DNA from: Actinomycetota bacterium
Lineage (GTDB): Bacteria; Actinomycetota; Acidimicrobiia; IMCC26256; VFJJ01
Direction: 5' to 3'
Assembly: GCA_009886115.1 (NCBI GenBank)
Contig: VFJJ01000017.1
Coordinates: 642-64,641 of the forward strand
DNA length: 64,000 nucleotides
Translations under genes and position numbers: made by a program
The notes under the pieces: model-generated
Database searches by the model: none
The model's input: the letters and a program-made list of their open reading frames with translations, nothing else
What the model was told of the DNA's origin: nothing
In this document: positions 10,162-20,783 of the stretch, one piece after another
Numbering within the stretch: the first letter of the stretch is position 1
Layout: the number at the start of each line of letters is the position of its first letter

Positions 10162-12026
10162 TCGAGACCCCGGTGACCGACGAGTCCGGCCGCAGCCCCG
10201 AGGGCCGATCGGGCGCCGGGGGCCCGCCCCGGTTCTTCGCGCTGTTCGAGTCGACGACCGGTTCGCTGTTCGCCGGTACCTGTGGCAACGGGATCTCGAG
10301 GTCGAACGATGGAGGCGGTACCTGGGAACCCATGCGGATCGGCATCGAGGCAGGCGGCGGGACCGTCAACGCCTTCGCCGCCGCTTCAGCCGCCGCCGCC
10401 GCTTCAGCCGCTTCAGCCGACGGTTCGCTGCTCGCAGCGGCCGGGTCCGCCGGAGCGCTGCGATCGCACGACGACGGTGCGACGTGGGAGGAGCTCGGTC
10501 CCGATGATGCGGTCGTGTACGCGATCTGTTCTCGCGGTGACCGACTCGTTGCTGGTGTCGATGACGGGCTCCGCGTCCGTTCGGGCGACGGTGTCTGGTC
10601 GAGGCCCGCCGATGGCCCCGAGTGCGCGGTGTATCGCTTGGTGGCGATGGGTGACGGCCGGGTCATCGCCGCGACCGACAGCGCTGGCATCTGGATGATC
10701 AACGATCGGGACCACTGCACGCCCTTGGGGATGAGCGCCTGGCCGATCTACGCCTTGGCCGATCTCGGCGGTGGCGTCGTGCTCGCCGGGACGCGTGGCG
10801 GGGGCGTGCTGCGGACGGTTGACGGGGGACGGTCGTGGTTGCCGAGCAACGACGAGCTACCCGACCTCGTCGTGCACGTGCTGGTCGATGCCGGCGACGG
10901 TGTCGTGCTGGCGGGCACCGGACGCGGTGTGGCCCGGTCGGTCGATGGCGGGTCTCGATGGACGCCGCTCGGCACCGGCCTGGTCGACCACCGCATCTTC
11001 TCGCTCGTGATCGCCCGTGACGGCGCGGTGTTCGCCGGGAGCTACGACGGGGTGTGGTCGTGGCGAGCGCCCGACTCCGCCTGGGTCGGCGTCGACACCG
11101 GCTTGGGAGTCGGGGAGACCTTCGCCGTCGGCATGGCCGGTAGCGGCGACGTGCTCGCGGGCTCGCAGGGCGAGATCTACCGGTCGTCCGACCGGGGAGC
11201 GACGTGGAAGCGCTCGAGCGGCATGATCGACGCGGGCAACGCCTACGGGTTCTGCGTGACGGATTCGGGCGATGTCCTGGTCGGCACCGACGATGGGGTC
11301 CGGCGCCTGTCGCGCCGTGCCGGGCGCTGGGTGCACGACGGCCTGGCGGGCATGCGGGTGTACCGGTTGCTCGAGGCCCGGCCCGACCTGATGCTCGCGG
11401 GAACGCTCGGCCATGGCGTGCAGCGCCGGGAGCCGCACGGCGGCTGGCAGCCCGCCAACGTCGGCCTCGGGCATCCCATGGTGTTCGACGTGATGCGCGC
11501 TGGCCAGTCGGGAGATCTCTTCGCGGGATCGGGCGACCTGGCCAACGGAGCCAAGACCGGGGGGATCTTCCGGTCGAGCGACGAGGGATGCTCGTGGGAA
11601 CCGATGGACGTCGAGCCCATCACCGTCTACAGGATCGTCGAGGCCTCCGACGGCGTCATGGTGGCGGGCGCCCAGCGCTCGTGCATCTTGCGTTCCTGGG
11701 ATCACGGTGCCACCTGGCAGGCCTCCCGGCCCCGCGGCTGCCAAGACTCGAAGCTCTACTGCCTCTTCGTCGACGGGTCCGACCTGCTCTACCTCGGATC
11801 AGGCGCTCGGCTGCTGTGCAGTGACGATCGCGGAGACAGCTGGCACGTGATCGGAGCCGGGCTCGACGGGGTGACCGTCTACGGAATGGCGGTGCACCCG
11901 AGTGGCGTGCTGCTTGGCGCCACGAGCTCAGGGGTCTACCGAAGCGAAGATCGCGGCCATACCTGGCAGGCATCGCCGTGGCCTCGGCGTGACGGCGGAG
12001 CCACGACTGCGCTGACGGGCGTCTGA
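10158..12026 (+). CDS. BNR/Asp-box repeat beta-propeller protein
   Basis: Many (R)SxDxGx(T/S)W Asp-box repeats; no signal peptide; ATGA overlap with the upstream gene. Confidence 0.85.
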   Translation: MIETPVTDESGRSPEGRSGAGGPPRFFALFESTTGSLFAGTCGNGISRSNDGGGTWEPMRIGIEAGGGTVNAFAAASAAAAASAASADGSLLAAAGSAGALRSHDDGATWEELGPDDAVVYAICSRGDRLVAGVDDGLRVRSGDGVWSRPADGPECAVYRLVAMGDGRVIAATDSAGIWMINDRDHCTPLGMSAWPIYALADLGGGVVLAGTRGGGVLRTVDGGRSWLPSNDELPDLVVHVLVDAGDGVVLAGTGRGVARSVDGGSRWTPLGTGLVDHRIFSLVIARDGAVFAGSYDGVWSWRAPDSAWVGVDTGLGVGETFAVGMAGSGDVLAGSQGEIYRSSDRGATWKRSSGMIDAGNAYGFCVTDSGDVLVGTDDGVRRLSRRAGRWVHDGLAGMRVYRLLEARPDLMLAGTLGHGVQRREPHGGWQPANVGLGHPMVFDVMRAGQSGDLFAGSGDLANGAKTGGIFRSSDEGCSWEPMDVEPITVYRIVEASDGVMVAGAQRSCILRSWDHGATWQASRPRGCQDSKLYCLFVDGSDLLYLGSGARLLCSDDRGDSWHVIGAGLDGVTVYGMAVHPSGVLLGATSSGVYRSEDRGHTWQASPWPRRDGGATTALTGV

Positions 12027-12098
12027 GCGGCGCCGCGCCGCGGTCACCGCCCGTCGCACCCGCGTGATGGGTCGGACAGGCCTGGCCGGGCCCCGGGG

Positions 12099-13610
12099 TC
12101 ACGGGTTGGGATCGTCGTCGACCAGCTCGTCGTTGGGGAGCCGCAGCGACACCAGGAAGCCGAGCACGGCGATCGCGCAGGCCACCGCGAACACGAGCAC
12201 CGCCGCCTCGGCGACCGAGTCCCTGACGATCGTCGCGACCACGTCAGGAAGCCGGGCGATCGCTGCCGGAGAGTCGAGCAACGAGTCGACCGCCGTTCCC
12301 GGCGGCAGGTCGGCAGATGCTTCGTCCAAGCCGGCGGCGACGCGGGTGTTGAAGACCCCCCCGAACGCAGCCACGCCCAGCGTGGAGCCGATCTTGCGGG
12401 TGGTCTGCGACACGGAGGTCGCAGCTCCCAGACGCTCGCTCGTCACCGCGTTCTGCACGGCCACGAGGGTCACCGGCATGATCAGGCCCAGCCCCAATCC
12501 GACGATGCCCACGTACAGCGACGGCACGAAGGTCGCGGTCCGGGTCGTCATCGTCGCGAGCGACCCGGTCCCCACCACCAGCAGACCCGAGCCGATGACC
12601 GCCAAGCTCTTGAACCGTGCGGTGCGTGACATGACGCGCCCGCCGACGGTGCTGGCGACGAGAATGCAGCCCATCAGCGGGACGAGCGTCATGCCCGACC
12701 GTGTCGCGCTGACACCCAATGAGACCTGCAAGAACGTCGGGGCATAGACGGTCACACCGAACATGGCGATCCCCGACATGAACCCGATCGTCGTCGCCGT
12801 TCGGACGGCGCGTTGCCCGAACATCTCGATGGGCACGATCGGCTCGGACGCAGCCCGCTCACAACGTACGAAGAGCACGAACCCACCGAGGGCCACGGCG
12901 ATCAGCACGACGACGGCCGGCGACGTCCAGGCGAGCTTCTGGCCTCCCCACACTGCCACGAGCATCATGCTGATCAGCGTCACGACGAGTAATGCACCGC
13001 CACGGAGATCGGCGCCCCGTGCGGCGCGCTTCTCGTCGGGTGGCAGGTTGCGGCGGATGATCGCCAACACGACCCCGGCGAGAGCGACGTTGGAGTAAAA
13101 GGCCCAGCGCCAGCTGAGGTGGTCGACGAAGAAGCCACCGAGCAACGGACCGATGACACTGGTGACCGCGAACATCGAGGCCACATAACCCTGGTAGCGC
13201 CCTCGCTCGCGCATCGGCACGATGTGGCCGACGAGTGTGAACGCCAGCGTCATGATCGCTCCGCCGCCGAGGCCCTGGATGCTACGGCCCGCGATGAGCA
13301 TCGCCATCGACGTGCTCAGCCCGGCCAGCAGCGAGCCGGCAGCGAACATCACGATCGCCACTTGGAACAGGCGGGTCGTGCCGAAGAGGTCGGCGAGCTT
13401 GCCGGCAAAGGGGACGACCACCGTCGATGTGAGCAAGTAGGCGCTGACCACCCAGGAGAGATGGTCGAGCCCACCGAGCTCGCCCACCATCGTCGGCAGC
13501 GTCGTCGTGACCAGCGTCTGGCTGATGGCGGCCAACGCCATCCCGATCATGATGCCGATGAAGATCGTCCGGACCGTGGACGCGTCGTGCTCGGTTTCGT
13601 CAACTGTCAT
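12099..13610 (-). CDS. DHA2/MDR-type 14-TM MFS transporter
   Basis: WVVSAYLL, GKLADLFG, GPLLGG, SWRWAFY. Confidence 0.92.
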   Translation of the reverse strand: MTVDETEHDASTVRTIFIGIMIGMALAAISQTLVTTTLPTMVGELGGLDHLSWVVSAYLLTSTVVVPFAGKLADLFGTTRLFQVAIVMFAAGSLLAGLSTSMAMLIAGRSIQGLGGGAIMTLAFTLVGHIVPMRERGRYQGYVASMFAVTSVIGPLLGGFFVDHLSWRWAFYSNVALAGVVLAIIRRNLPPDEKRAARGADLRGGALLVVTLISMMLVAVWGGQKLAWTSPAVVVLIAVALGGFVLFVRCERAASEPIVPIEMFGQRAVRTATTIGFMSGIAMFGVTVYAPTFLQVSLGVSATRSGMTLVPLMGCILVASTVGGRVMSRTARFKSLAVIGSGLLVVGTGSLATMTTRTATFVPSLYVGIVGLGLGLIMPVTLVAVQNAVTSERLGAATSVSQTTRKIGSTLGVAAFGGVFNTRVAAGLDEASADLPPGTAVDSLLDSPAAIARLPDVVATIVRDSVAEAAVLVFAVACAIAVLGFLVSLRLPNDELVDDDPNP

Positions 13611-13616
13611 TTCATT

Positions 13617-16517
13617 TCATATCCCGTCAACGCTCATCGCGGATGCGCGAGTCGGGACGTTGCTCCGGGCGATGGCCCGGTCGTCGGTCCCGAGGTAGCT
13701 CGCGATCACCGTGCGATCGGTCCGTATGGCCTCCGGGTCGCCATGGGCGATCACGCTTCCCGCCTCGAGGCAGTACACACGGTCGCTGATCGAGAGGATG
13801 AGCGACATGTCGTGCTCGATCACGATCATCGAGACGTCGAGGTCGCGGCGGATCGAGAGCAGGAGGGGTCCGAAGGCCTCGGTCTCGCGTTGGGCGAGGC
13901 CCGCGGTCGGCTCGTCGAGGCACAAGACCTTGGCGTCGAGGGCCATGAGGTTGGTGAGCTCGACGATCCGCCTCGTCCCGGTCGACAGGTCGGCGATGAA
14001 CTCGTTGGCGTAACGACCGAGCCCGAAGAACTCGATCAGCTCGTCGGCTTGGACCCGGCGGGCGCGCTCGAGGCGCCGTGCGCTCGGGAGCGCCAGCGCC
14101 GTCGCCACGACCGGGGTGCGGCCCCTGGCCTCGAGCGCGACCTGGATCGTCTCTCGCACCGTGAGCTCCGGAAACAACTGCGCTGTCTGGAACGTGCGGC
14201 CCAGGCCCAGCAGGGCCCGTTCGGGCACGCTCGCACGCGAGACGTCGGTCCCCAGCAGCTCCACCGTCCCGCTCGATCGCACGTAGCCGCCGATGGCGTT
14301 CATGAACGTCGACTTACCAGCTCCGTTGGTGCCGATCAGGCCGACGATCTCTCCCTGCTCGACGAGGATGGTGGCGTCGACGAGCGCATGGTTGCCCCCG
14401 AAGCGAACGGAGACGCTCTGCGCCCGCAACACGACCGGACGCTCCTGCGGGCGCTCCTGCGGGCGCCCTTGCGAGGGGCCATCGGCGGTCGGAGCCGCGC
14501 GAGACGAAGACGAGAGCGAGGAGGCAGGACGGCGGGGCTCGATGACGTCGTCGACCCCTTCACCGACGGCGGGGAGCCGGCGTTCGGCCCACTCGAAGAG
14601 CACCTTCCTTGCCGAGTACCCGATCTGGGCGAAGCCCCCGGGGAAGTACATCACGATCAGCAGGAGCCCCACGCTCGAGGTGAAGAGCGGGACGAGCCCG
14701 TTGTCGGGGAAGAACGCGGGCAGGCCGATGATCCACAACGCGCCGATGACGGGACCCACCAGCGATCCCACACCGCCGATCACCACCATCCCGACCAGGC
14801 GCAGCGAGTCGTCGACGAGGAAGTACCGCTCGGTGAAGGGGACGACCTGCAGCAGGCCGGCGAGCAGCGCGCCGCCGAGCGCGGCGACGCCGCCGCCCAG
14901 AGCGAAGGCCACGAGCTTGGTACGCGCCGGGGCGATGGTGTACGCCGAAGCGGCATCGGGGTTGTCGCGAACGGCGATGGTGGTTCGACCGATCCCGCTG
15001 CGTCGCAGGCGCGCCATCACCCCGAAGACCACCACCAGGCTGGCGACGCACAGGTAGTAGTACGCCCGCTGACCGCCCAGCTCGAGGCCGAGCACCGTGC
15101 CGCGCCTGAACGACACCGAGTTGGCGTTGCCGTCACTGAGGATCGGCCGGCGGTACAGATATTGCTGCGCACTCACGGCGAGCACGAAGGTCGTGACCGC
15201 CAGGCGTAGACCGCGCACGCGCAACGACCCCATCCCGATCAGGGTGGCAACCATCGCCACGATGACCGCAGCGAGGAGGATCGACGGCAGGTAGGGAAGG
15301 GCCGGGGCCTGGAAGTCGATGATCCAGACATCCATCTCGATGCCCCGGGTCAAGGCTGCGGCCAGCAGGGCTCCGAAACCGGCGAACGACATCTGCGACA
15401 GCGAGAGCTGACCGGCCCAGCCGGTGATGACCGTCAACGACATGGCGCAGATGGCGAAGCAGGCGATGCTGGCGTAGAGCAGGTGCCGGCTGGGGCGCGT
15501 GACGATGAGTGGCAGCACCAACGCGGCCACCAGGATCGTGGCGCCGACCATCCGTGAGAGGTGCCGGATCCACCACAGCTCCTGCAACCGTTCGGACGGG
15601 CGGCGGACCTTGGGGGCGAAGGCGAACACCCCGTCGTCGGGTCTCGATCGGCTCTGGAGGTAGATCGCGCCGATCACGAGCATGAAACCGAGGAAGTCGA
15701 AGAGGCCCGGCTCGGCCAGGAAGTTGAACCGCAGCACGGCTTCGGCGATGCCGCTCAGCGCGCCGAAGGCGACCGCACGAGGAAACGACCGCATGCCAGC
15801 AAGGACGAACGCCACCATGGCCCGGGCGAGCGTCAACGGGCCCAGGCTCTCGAGGCCGCCGACGCTGCCGCCCTGAGCCGACAGCAGGATGATCGACAAC
15901 GTCGAGAGAAACCCGGCGATCGTCCAGACGAAGGTCGAGACGATCTTGGGATTGACGCCGGACAGGCGCGACAGCGCCGTGTTATCGGCCGATGCCTCGA
16001 CCGCCTTGCCGAACGTCGTCCGCCGTAGCACCCACGCCAGGCCCACGGCGAGGACCGGGACGACTACCACGATGCTGAGTTGCGATCCGGTGACTCGCAG
16101 GCCCAGCACGTCCTTCCACACCGTCCCGATGGCCTTGGGATAGGTCGCTCCGGGCTGGTCGACGTCGGGGTACGACTGGCTGACCCCTTGCGCCAGTTGG
16201 GCAACGCCGACGGTGGCCACGAGAACGATCACCCGCGGAGAGTTGAAGAGACGCCGAACCACGATGAGCTCGATGATCGTGCCGAAGAGCGTCCCGGCGC
16301 TCAGGCACAACACGAGGGTGACCCAGAACGGGAAGTCGTAGTTCAAGACCACGACCGGCAGGAGGCTGGCTCCGACCAGGCCCATGTTCCCCACCGCGAA
16401 GTTGACGACCCGGGTCGAGCGGTACACCAGCACCATGCCCATCGCCAGCAGGCCCGTCACCAGACCATTGACGAGACCGTTGAACGCGAGCTGCGACGTG
16501 ATCCACGTTGCGAGCAC
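13617..16517 (-). CDS. Fused LivH-LivM-LivG branched-chain-type ABC permease/ATPase
   Basis: Two BPD_transp_2-like domains (VYRSTRVVNFA; GWAGQLSL), then GTNGAGKST, LDEP, IEHD. Confidence 0.92.
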   Translation of the reverse strand: MLATWITSQLAFNGLVNGLVTGLLAMGMVLVYRSTRVVNFAVGNMGLVGASLLPVVVLNYDFPFWVTLVLCLSAGTLFGTIIELIVVRRLFNSPRVIVLVATVGVAQLAQGVSQSYPDVDQPGATYPKAIGTVWKDVLGLRVTGSQLSIVVVVPVLAVGLAWVLRRTTFGKAVEASADNTALSRLSGVNPKIVSTFVWTIAGFLSTLSIILLSAQGGSVGGLESLGPLTLARAMVAFVLAGMRSFPRAVAFGALSGIAEAVLRFNFLAEPGLFDFLGFMLVIGAIYLQSRSRPDDGVFAFAPKVRRPSERLQELWWIRHLSRMVGATILVAALVLPLIVTRPSRHLLYASIACFAICAMSLTVITGWAGQLSLSQMSFAGFGALLAAALTRGIEMDVWIIDFQAPALPYLPSILLAAVIVAMVATLIGMGSLRVRGLRLAVTTFVLAVSAQQYLYRRPILSDGNANSVSFRRGTVLGLELGGQRAYYYLCVASLVVVFGVMARLRRSGIGRTTIAVRDNPDAASAYTIAPARTKLVAFALGGGVAALGGALLAGLLQVVPFTERYFLVDDSLRLVGMVVIGGVGSLVGPVIGALWIIGLPAFFPDNGLVPLFTSSVGLLLIVMYFPGGFAQIGYSARKVLFEWAERRLPAVGEGVDDVIEPRRPASSLSSSSRAAPTADGPSQGRPQERPQERPVVLRAQSVSVRFGGNHALVDATILVEQGEIVGLIGTNGAGKSTFMNAIGGYVRSSGTVELLGTDVSRASVPERALLGLGRTFQTAQLFPELTVRETIQVALEARGRTPVVATALALPSARRLERARRVQADELIEFFGLGRYANEFIADLSTGTRRIVELTNLMALDAKVLCLDEPTAGLAQRETEAFGPLLLSIRRDLDVSMIVIEHDMSLILSISDRVYCLEAGSVIAHGDPEAIRTDRTVIASYLGTDDRAIARSNVPTRASAMSVDGI

Positions 16518-16528
16518 GCAGCGCCGCC

Positions 16529-18709
16529 TCAGCGGCCCTGGGCGCCGAGGAACACGGCGCGAGCGAGATCGTCTCGTTCGGCGAGCTCGTGCGCCTGACC
16601 CTCGAATCGGATGCGGCCCTTCTCGAGGAACACGGCCCGGTCGCTGACCGACAAAGCGACGTTGAGCGACTGCTCGACGATGATCATCGTCTGCCCGGTG
16701 GCCTTGAGCGTGTCGATGATCGTCAGCAACGACTGCACGGCCGTCGGTGCCAGGCCGAGCGAGAGCTCATCGATCACGAGCACGACGGGATCGTGGAGCA
16801 TCACCCGGGCCAGTGCCAGCATCTGCTGCTGGCCGCCCGAGAGGTCACTCGCCCGCTCCGTCGATCGGGAGGCGAGAGCGGGGAAGAGCTCGAGGGCGCG
16901 GTCGATCCGACGCTCGACGTCGTGGCGGTCGTGGCGGTAGCGGTACGCCCCGACGACCAGGTTGTCGCGCACGGTCAGGTTGCGGAAGACACCGCTGCCT
17001 CCCGGCAGCATCTGGATCCCCATCTTGGCGCGGTGCTCAGGGGTGGCAAAGGTGATCGTCCGTCCCTCGAGGCGAACGACGCCCCGCTCGGGCGTGACGA
17101 GGCCCGTGACGACCTTGAGGATGGTCGACTTGCCTGCGCCATTGGTACCGAGCAGGGCCAGCGTCTCGCCCCGGCGAACCTCGAACGAGACGTCGAACAG
17201 GACCTGCACGTCGCCGTAGCTGAACTGGATTCCGTGGAGTTGGACCACGGGCACCGAGCCGGGGTCGGCGGCGAGCCGGCGGTGCTCGACCATCTCTTCG
17301 CGCAGATCGGCGACGGTGAGGGCCAGATCGGATCGGATGAACCGGGCGCTGCGGAAGATCATGAGACCGCCGATGATGTTGGCCGGAATCGCCAGCACCA
17401 AGACCGCTGTGCGCGTGCTGTACGCGTCGGTCAACCAGGCCGAGAACAGCGACCCGCCGATCGCTCCCACGAGGAAGATGTGCATCGTGATCAGCGCCAG
17501 TCCCAGACCGCGAAGCCGGTACGGGACCACGGCCTGGATCAGCGGGACGACCATGCTGAACGCCGCCACGGCGAGCAGGCTCTGGATCACGCCCACGATC
17601 GCGAAGGACACGACGTTCGGCATGAGGAACTGCACGGGGGTGACGACCGCCATCGGGATGATGCAGCGCCCGATCATCCGCAGCGAGCTGGCCGGATCGC
17701 GCCGGTACGACCGGTCGAAGGAACGGCCGAGGAACGGCAGGATGGCCAACCCCGCGAAACCCGCGACCGACGTGACGATGCCCCGCTCGAGCGGGCCCGC
17801 CCCGAACTCATCCTCGAGGTGGAGGCTGGCGAGGACGGGGACGGTGAACAGGCTGAACCCGAGGGTCGCGAACCCCACGATCATCGTCTTGAGCGTCCGG
17901 ATCCGCATCAGCCGAGCGAACGCCGCCTCGATGGAGATGGGCGCCGCGTCGGGATCCTCGATCACCTCGTGCAGGACGGTCTGCTTCTCCCACTGCCCAC
18001 GCGGAGGTTCGGGTATCCGGAAGGCCAACAACCCCACGACCGCCACGGGGACACCGAGGAGCAGGAAGGGCGTCCGCCATCCGAAGGTCGCGCCGAGCGC
18101 ACCGACCGCGAGCGGGCTGATCGCGCCGACGGCCCGGCCCACCATCGACGTCGTCGCCGCGATGCGCCCGCGCATGGAGATCGGGTACGTGTCGGCAATG
18201 AGCGAGCCGTGAACCGGAAGGGTGTTGGCCTTGGCGATACCGGCACCGAACCGGGTCCAGAACAGCATGAAGGCGTTCACGGCCAGACCCGAGAGGAACA
18301 CCATCGCGCTGAAGAACACGCTGGCGAACCCCACGATCGTCGAGCGTCGATGGCGATCGGCCAGGTATCCCATGGGGACGGCGCCCAGCACGAAGAACGC
18401 CGCCGAGGCCGACGTGATGAACACGATGACCCCGTCGCTCACGCCGAACGCGTCCCGGATGTCGGGGGCGAGCACCGTCATGGTCGCCGCCTCGAGCTCG
18501 TCGAGGCTGTTGAGCACGAGGAGCACGAGAAACGTGAAGGCTCCGCAGCCCGCGAGTCCGTCCCGCAGGCTCGTGTCGTCACTCCCCCCGACACCTGGCA
18601 ACAGGTCGTCGGCGACGGGGTACTCGTCGGCGACGACGCCCTCGTCCGCGGCGCTGCCGCGATCCTCGTCGAGGACCGCGGCAGCCAACGACGCCGTGGA
18701 ATCAGCCAT
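16529..18709 (-). CDS. MFS permease fused to a LivF-type ABC ATPase
   Basis: N-terminal MFS domain (GYLADRHRR motif A, about 12 TM); C-terminal GTNGAGKST, LSGGQQQ, IDE, VEQ. Confidence 0.9.
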   Translation of the reverse strand: MADSTASLAAAVLDEDRGSAADEGVVADEYPVADDLLPGVGGSDDTSLRDGLAGCGAFTFLVLLVLNSLDELEAATMTVLAPDIRDAFGVSDGVIVFITSASAAFFVLGAVPMGYLADRHRRSTIVGFASVFFSAMVFLSGLAVNAFMLFWTRFGAGIAKANTLPVHGSLIADTYPISMRGRIAATTSMVGRAVGAISPLAVGALGATFGWRTPFLLLGVPVAVVGLLAFRIPEPPRGQWEKQTVLHEVIEDPDAAPISIEAAFARLMRIRTLKTMIVGFATLGFSLFTVPVLASLHLEDEFGAGPLERGIVTSVAGFAGLAILPFLGRSFDRSYRRDPASSLRMIGRCIIPMAVVTPVQFLMPNVVSFAIVGVIQSLLAVAAFSMVVPLIQAVVPYRLRGLGLALITMHIFLVGAIGGSLFSAWLTDAYSTRTAVLVLAIPANIIGGLMIFRSARFIRSDLALTVADLREEMVEHRRLAADPGSVPVVQLHGIQFSYGDVQVLFDVSFEVRRGETLALLGTNGAGKSTILKVVTGLVTPERGVVRLEGRTITFATPEHRAKMGIQMLPGGSGVFRNLTVRDNLVVGAYRYRHDRHDVERRIDRALELFPALASRSTERASDLSGGQQQMLALARVMLHDPVVLVIDELSLGLAPTAVQSLLTIIDTLKATGQTMIIVEQSLNVALSVSDRAVFLEKGRIRFEGQAHELAERDDLARAVFLGAQGR

Positions 18710-20127
18710 CAGCCGATATCGACGGCCTCGCCGGCGATGAAGTCCTTCTTCGTCGCGTCCCAGCGGTAGAGCGAGACGACGTCATTGGCGTCGTACTTGT
18801 CGGCGCCGAGTGACGCGAAGGGGAGCATCGCGATCTCGAACGACCCGATGTCGGCGACGGCGGCGGCGAAGCTCTCCGTCGTCAGCTCGGGCCCCGCTCG
18901 TTCGGCGATCAGCGCGAACGTCCCGATCTGCTGGCACGAACGGGCGATCCTGACGAGGTTGTCGAGCTCGCCCTCCTGCGGGAAGAGCACGGCCTGCTCG
19001 TCGGGATGGTTCTCGTTCCAGCGATCTACGCAGACCGTCGTGGCCTCGTGGCCCTGCTCGAGCAGGACCTCGACGGGCGGTTCGGCGACGACGAGTGTGC
19101 GGGCGACCTCGGCTTCGGTGGCGCCGGAGTCGAACCGGGACAACGACAGGATCGACGGGGTGCTCGTGGCGAAGGTCGCTTCGAAGCCGGCCCGGTTCGC
19201 CGCAGCGAGCAGGCGGTCGAGCCCGGCGGTGTCGAACACGAAGTCGACACCCTCGGAGATCCACTTCTGGACGACGATGTCGAACTCGGCCGCATCGGCG
19301 ACGGCGTCGTCGGTGGGGGCCGCGGTCACGGTCTGCGACACCGCCTCGAATCCAGCCTCCTCGAGAGCGTCGTTGACGATCGTGTTGCCGCCCTCGGTGT
19401 TGCCGATGATGGCGATCGTCTTGCCGTCGAGCTCACCCGCATCGGCGACCACGCTCACGAGAGCCTTGTCGAGCCGCTCGGGGAGGGCGTTGCTCGTGAT
19501 GATGGGCAGCTCGGAGCGGGCTACGACGTCGCTGGTGAGATCGGACAGATACCCGATGAACGGCGTGTCGCCCGTCTCGGCGTAGCAGAGGGCGCTGTCG
19601 GCGGGTCGCACGAACCCGACCACCGCGAACACCTCGTCGTCCTGGGTCAGCTTCACGCACGCTTCCTCGTAGCCCGTGGGGCTGAGCGGGTCGACGGGCA
19701 CGAAGACCGGTTCGATCATGCGGCCGAGGATGCCGCCGGCCTCGTTGATCGCGTCGATCGCCGACTGGTACTGGGCCTGGTTGTCGCCCCAGTTCAACAG
19801 CACGCCCGTGTTCTCGAACAGCGTCTCGGTGTCGAGCATCACGACGCCGATCTTGATCGAGTCCTCGGTGACGCCTCGGTAACTGGCGGTGAGCGGCGGG
19901 ACTGTCGTCGGCGGAATCGTGGTCGCCGGCGCGGCAGTGGCCGGCGGCGCAGTCGTGGCCGGCGCCGTGGTGGTGACCGAGGCCTCGGTCGGAGCGGTCG
20001 TTGTGGCCGCGACGTCCGACGACGAGTCGTCGTCGTCGTCGCCACACGCGACGACCAGCGTGCACAACGCCGAGATGGCGACCAGCCGGCCCCACGCGCT
20101 CGTCGCTCGGGTACGGGAAACCTTCAT
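18709..20127 (-). CDS. ABC substrate-binding lipoprotein (LivK/PBP1 type)
   Basis: Lipobox VVAC, Asp run plus Thr/Ala/Pro linker, GVTEDSIKIG, INEAGGILGR. Confidence 0.9.
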   Translation of the reverse strand: MKVSRTRATSAWGRLVAISALCTLVVACGDDDDDSSSDVAATTTAPTEASVTTTAPATTAPPATAAPATTIPPTTVPPLTASYRGVTEDSIKIGVVMLDTETLFENTGVLLNWGDNQAQYQSAIDAINEAGGILGRMIEPVFVPVDPLSPTGYEEACVKLTQDDEVFAVVGFVRPADSALCYAETGDTPFIGYLSDLTSDVVARSELPIITSNALPERLDKALVSVVADAGELDGKTIAIIGNTEGGNTIVNDALEEAGFEAVSQTVTAAPTDDAVADAAEFDIVVQKWISEGVDFVFDTAGLDRLLAAANRAGFEATFATSTPSILSLSRFDSGATEAEVARTLVVAEPPVEVLLEQGHEATTVCVDRWNENHPDEQAVLFPQEGELDNLVRIARSCQQIGTFALIAERAGPELTTESFAAAVADIGSFEIAMLPFASLGADKYDANDVVSLYRWDATKKDFIAGEAVDIG

Positions 20128-20165
20128 CGTGACCCCCCTCGGTCTCGTGATGCTCCAGTCCCAGC

Positions 20166-20185
20166 AATATAGCATACTGAATTAT
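20166..20185. promoter_or_regulatory. Palindromic operator copy 4 (aatATAGCATACTGAattat)
   Basis: Divergent gap; exact 20-bp reverse complement of 21585..21604. Confidence 0.85.
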
Positions 20186-20312
20186 CGAGTGCCAGGAGGC
20201 CCGATCGCTGGGCCGGTGGCCCGCCGAGATGGCGGTCGCGTTGCTCCTGCGCCCGCCAATGAGTGTGCTCTATCGTCGTCGTGTGTCGGCTCGAGCCTGG
20301 GAAGGACCATCC

Positions 20313-20762
20313 ATGGGTGATGTCGTACGGACCCAGCACCATGTGACGTACGAGGCCGCGGCCGAGTGCCTCCAGGCCGGGATCGCCAAGGCGCGCGAGC
20401 TCGGGGTGCGGGGCGCCATCGTGATCGTGGACGCGTACGGCGAGATCGTGACGGTGGCCAAGCTCGACGGCGCGAATCCCAAGGCCTGGCGGGGCGGGCT
20501 GGGCAAGGCACTCGTCGCCTCGGGAATGGGATTGTCGACGGGCGACTTCATCGAGAAGCGCCTCAAGAACGACGACGTGCTGTACCGGGCGCTGTCGTCG
20601 AATCCCGACACCTTTCTCGTCCCGGGCGGCTTTCCACTGCTGTACGACGGCAAGCCCGTGGGCGGGGTTGGTGTGAGCGGCGGGCACTACACCGACGACG
20701 CCAAGGTGTCCGAGGCCGTCGCCAACCGCTACACCGAGCTCGTCGCCGAGCACGGTTCCTGA
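20313..20762 (+). CDS. GlcG/HbpS family heme-binding protein
   Basis: IVIVDAYG, GGFPLLYDGKPVGGVGVSGG; GAAGGA RBS. Confidence 0.88.
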   Translation: MGDVVRTQHHVTYEAAAECLQAGIAKARELGVRGAIVIVDAYGEIVTVAKLDGANPKAWRGGLGKALVASGMGLSTGDFIEKRLKNDDVLYRALSSNPDTFLVPGGFPLLYDGKPVGGVGVSGGHYTDDAKVSEAVANRYTELVAEHGS

Positions 20763-20783
20763 GTTGCTCGTGAAGGGGCAGAG

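Noticed and set aside
13119-18769. Long + strand ORFs (13119..15209, 16508..18769) and similar ones such as 37665..40442 and 49434..51533
   Set aside because: Antisense to well-supported genes and without recognisable motifs
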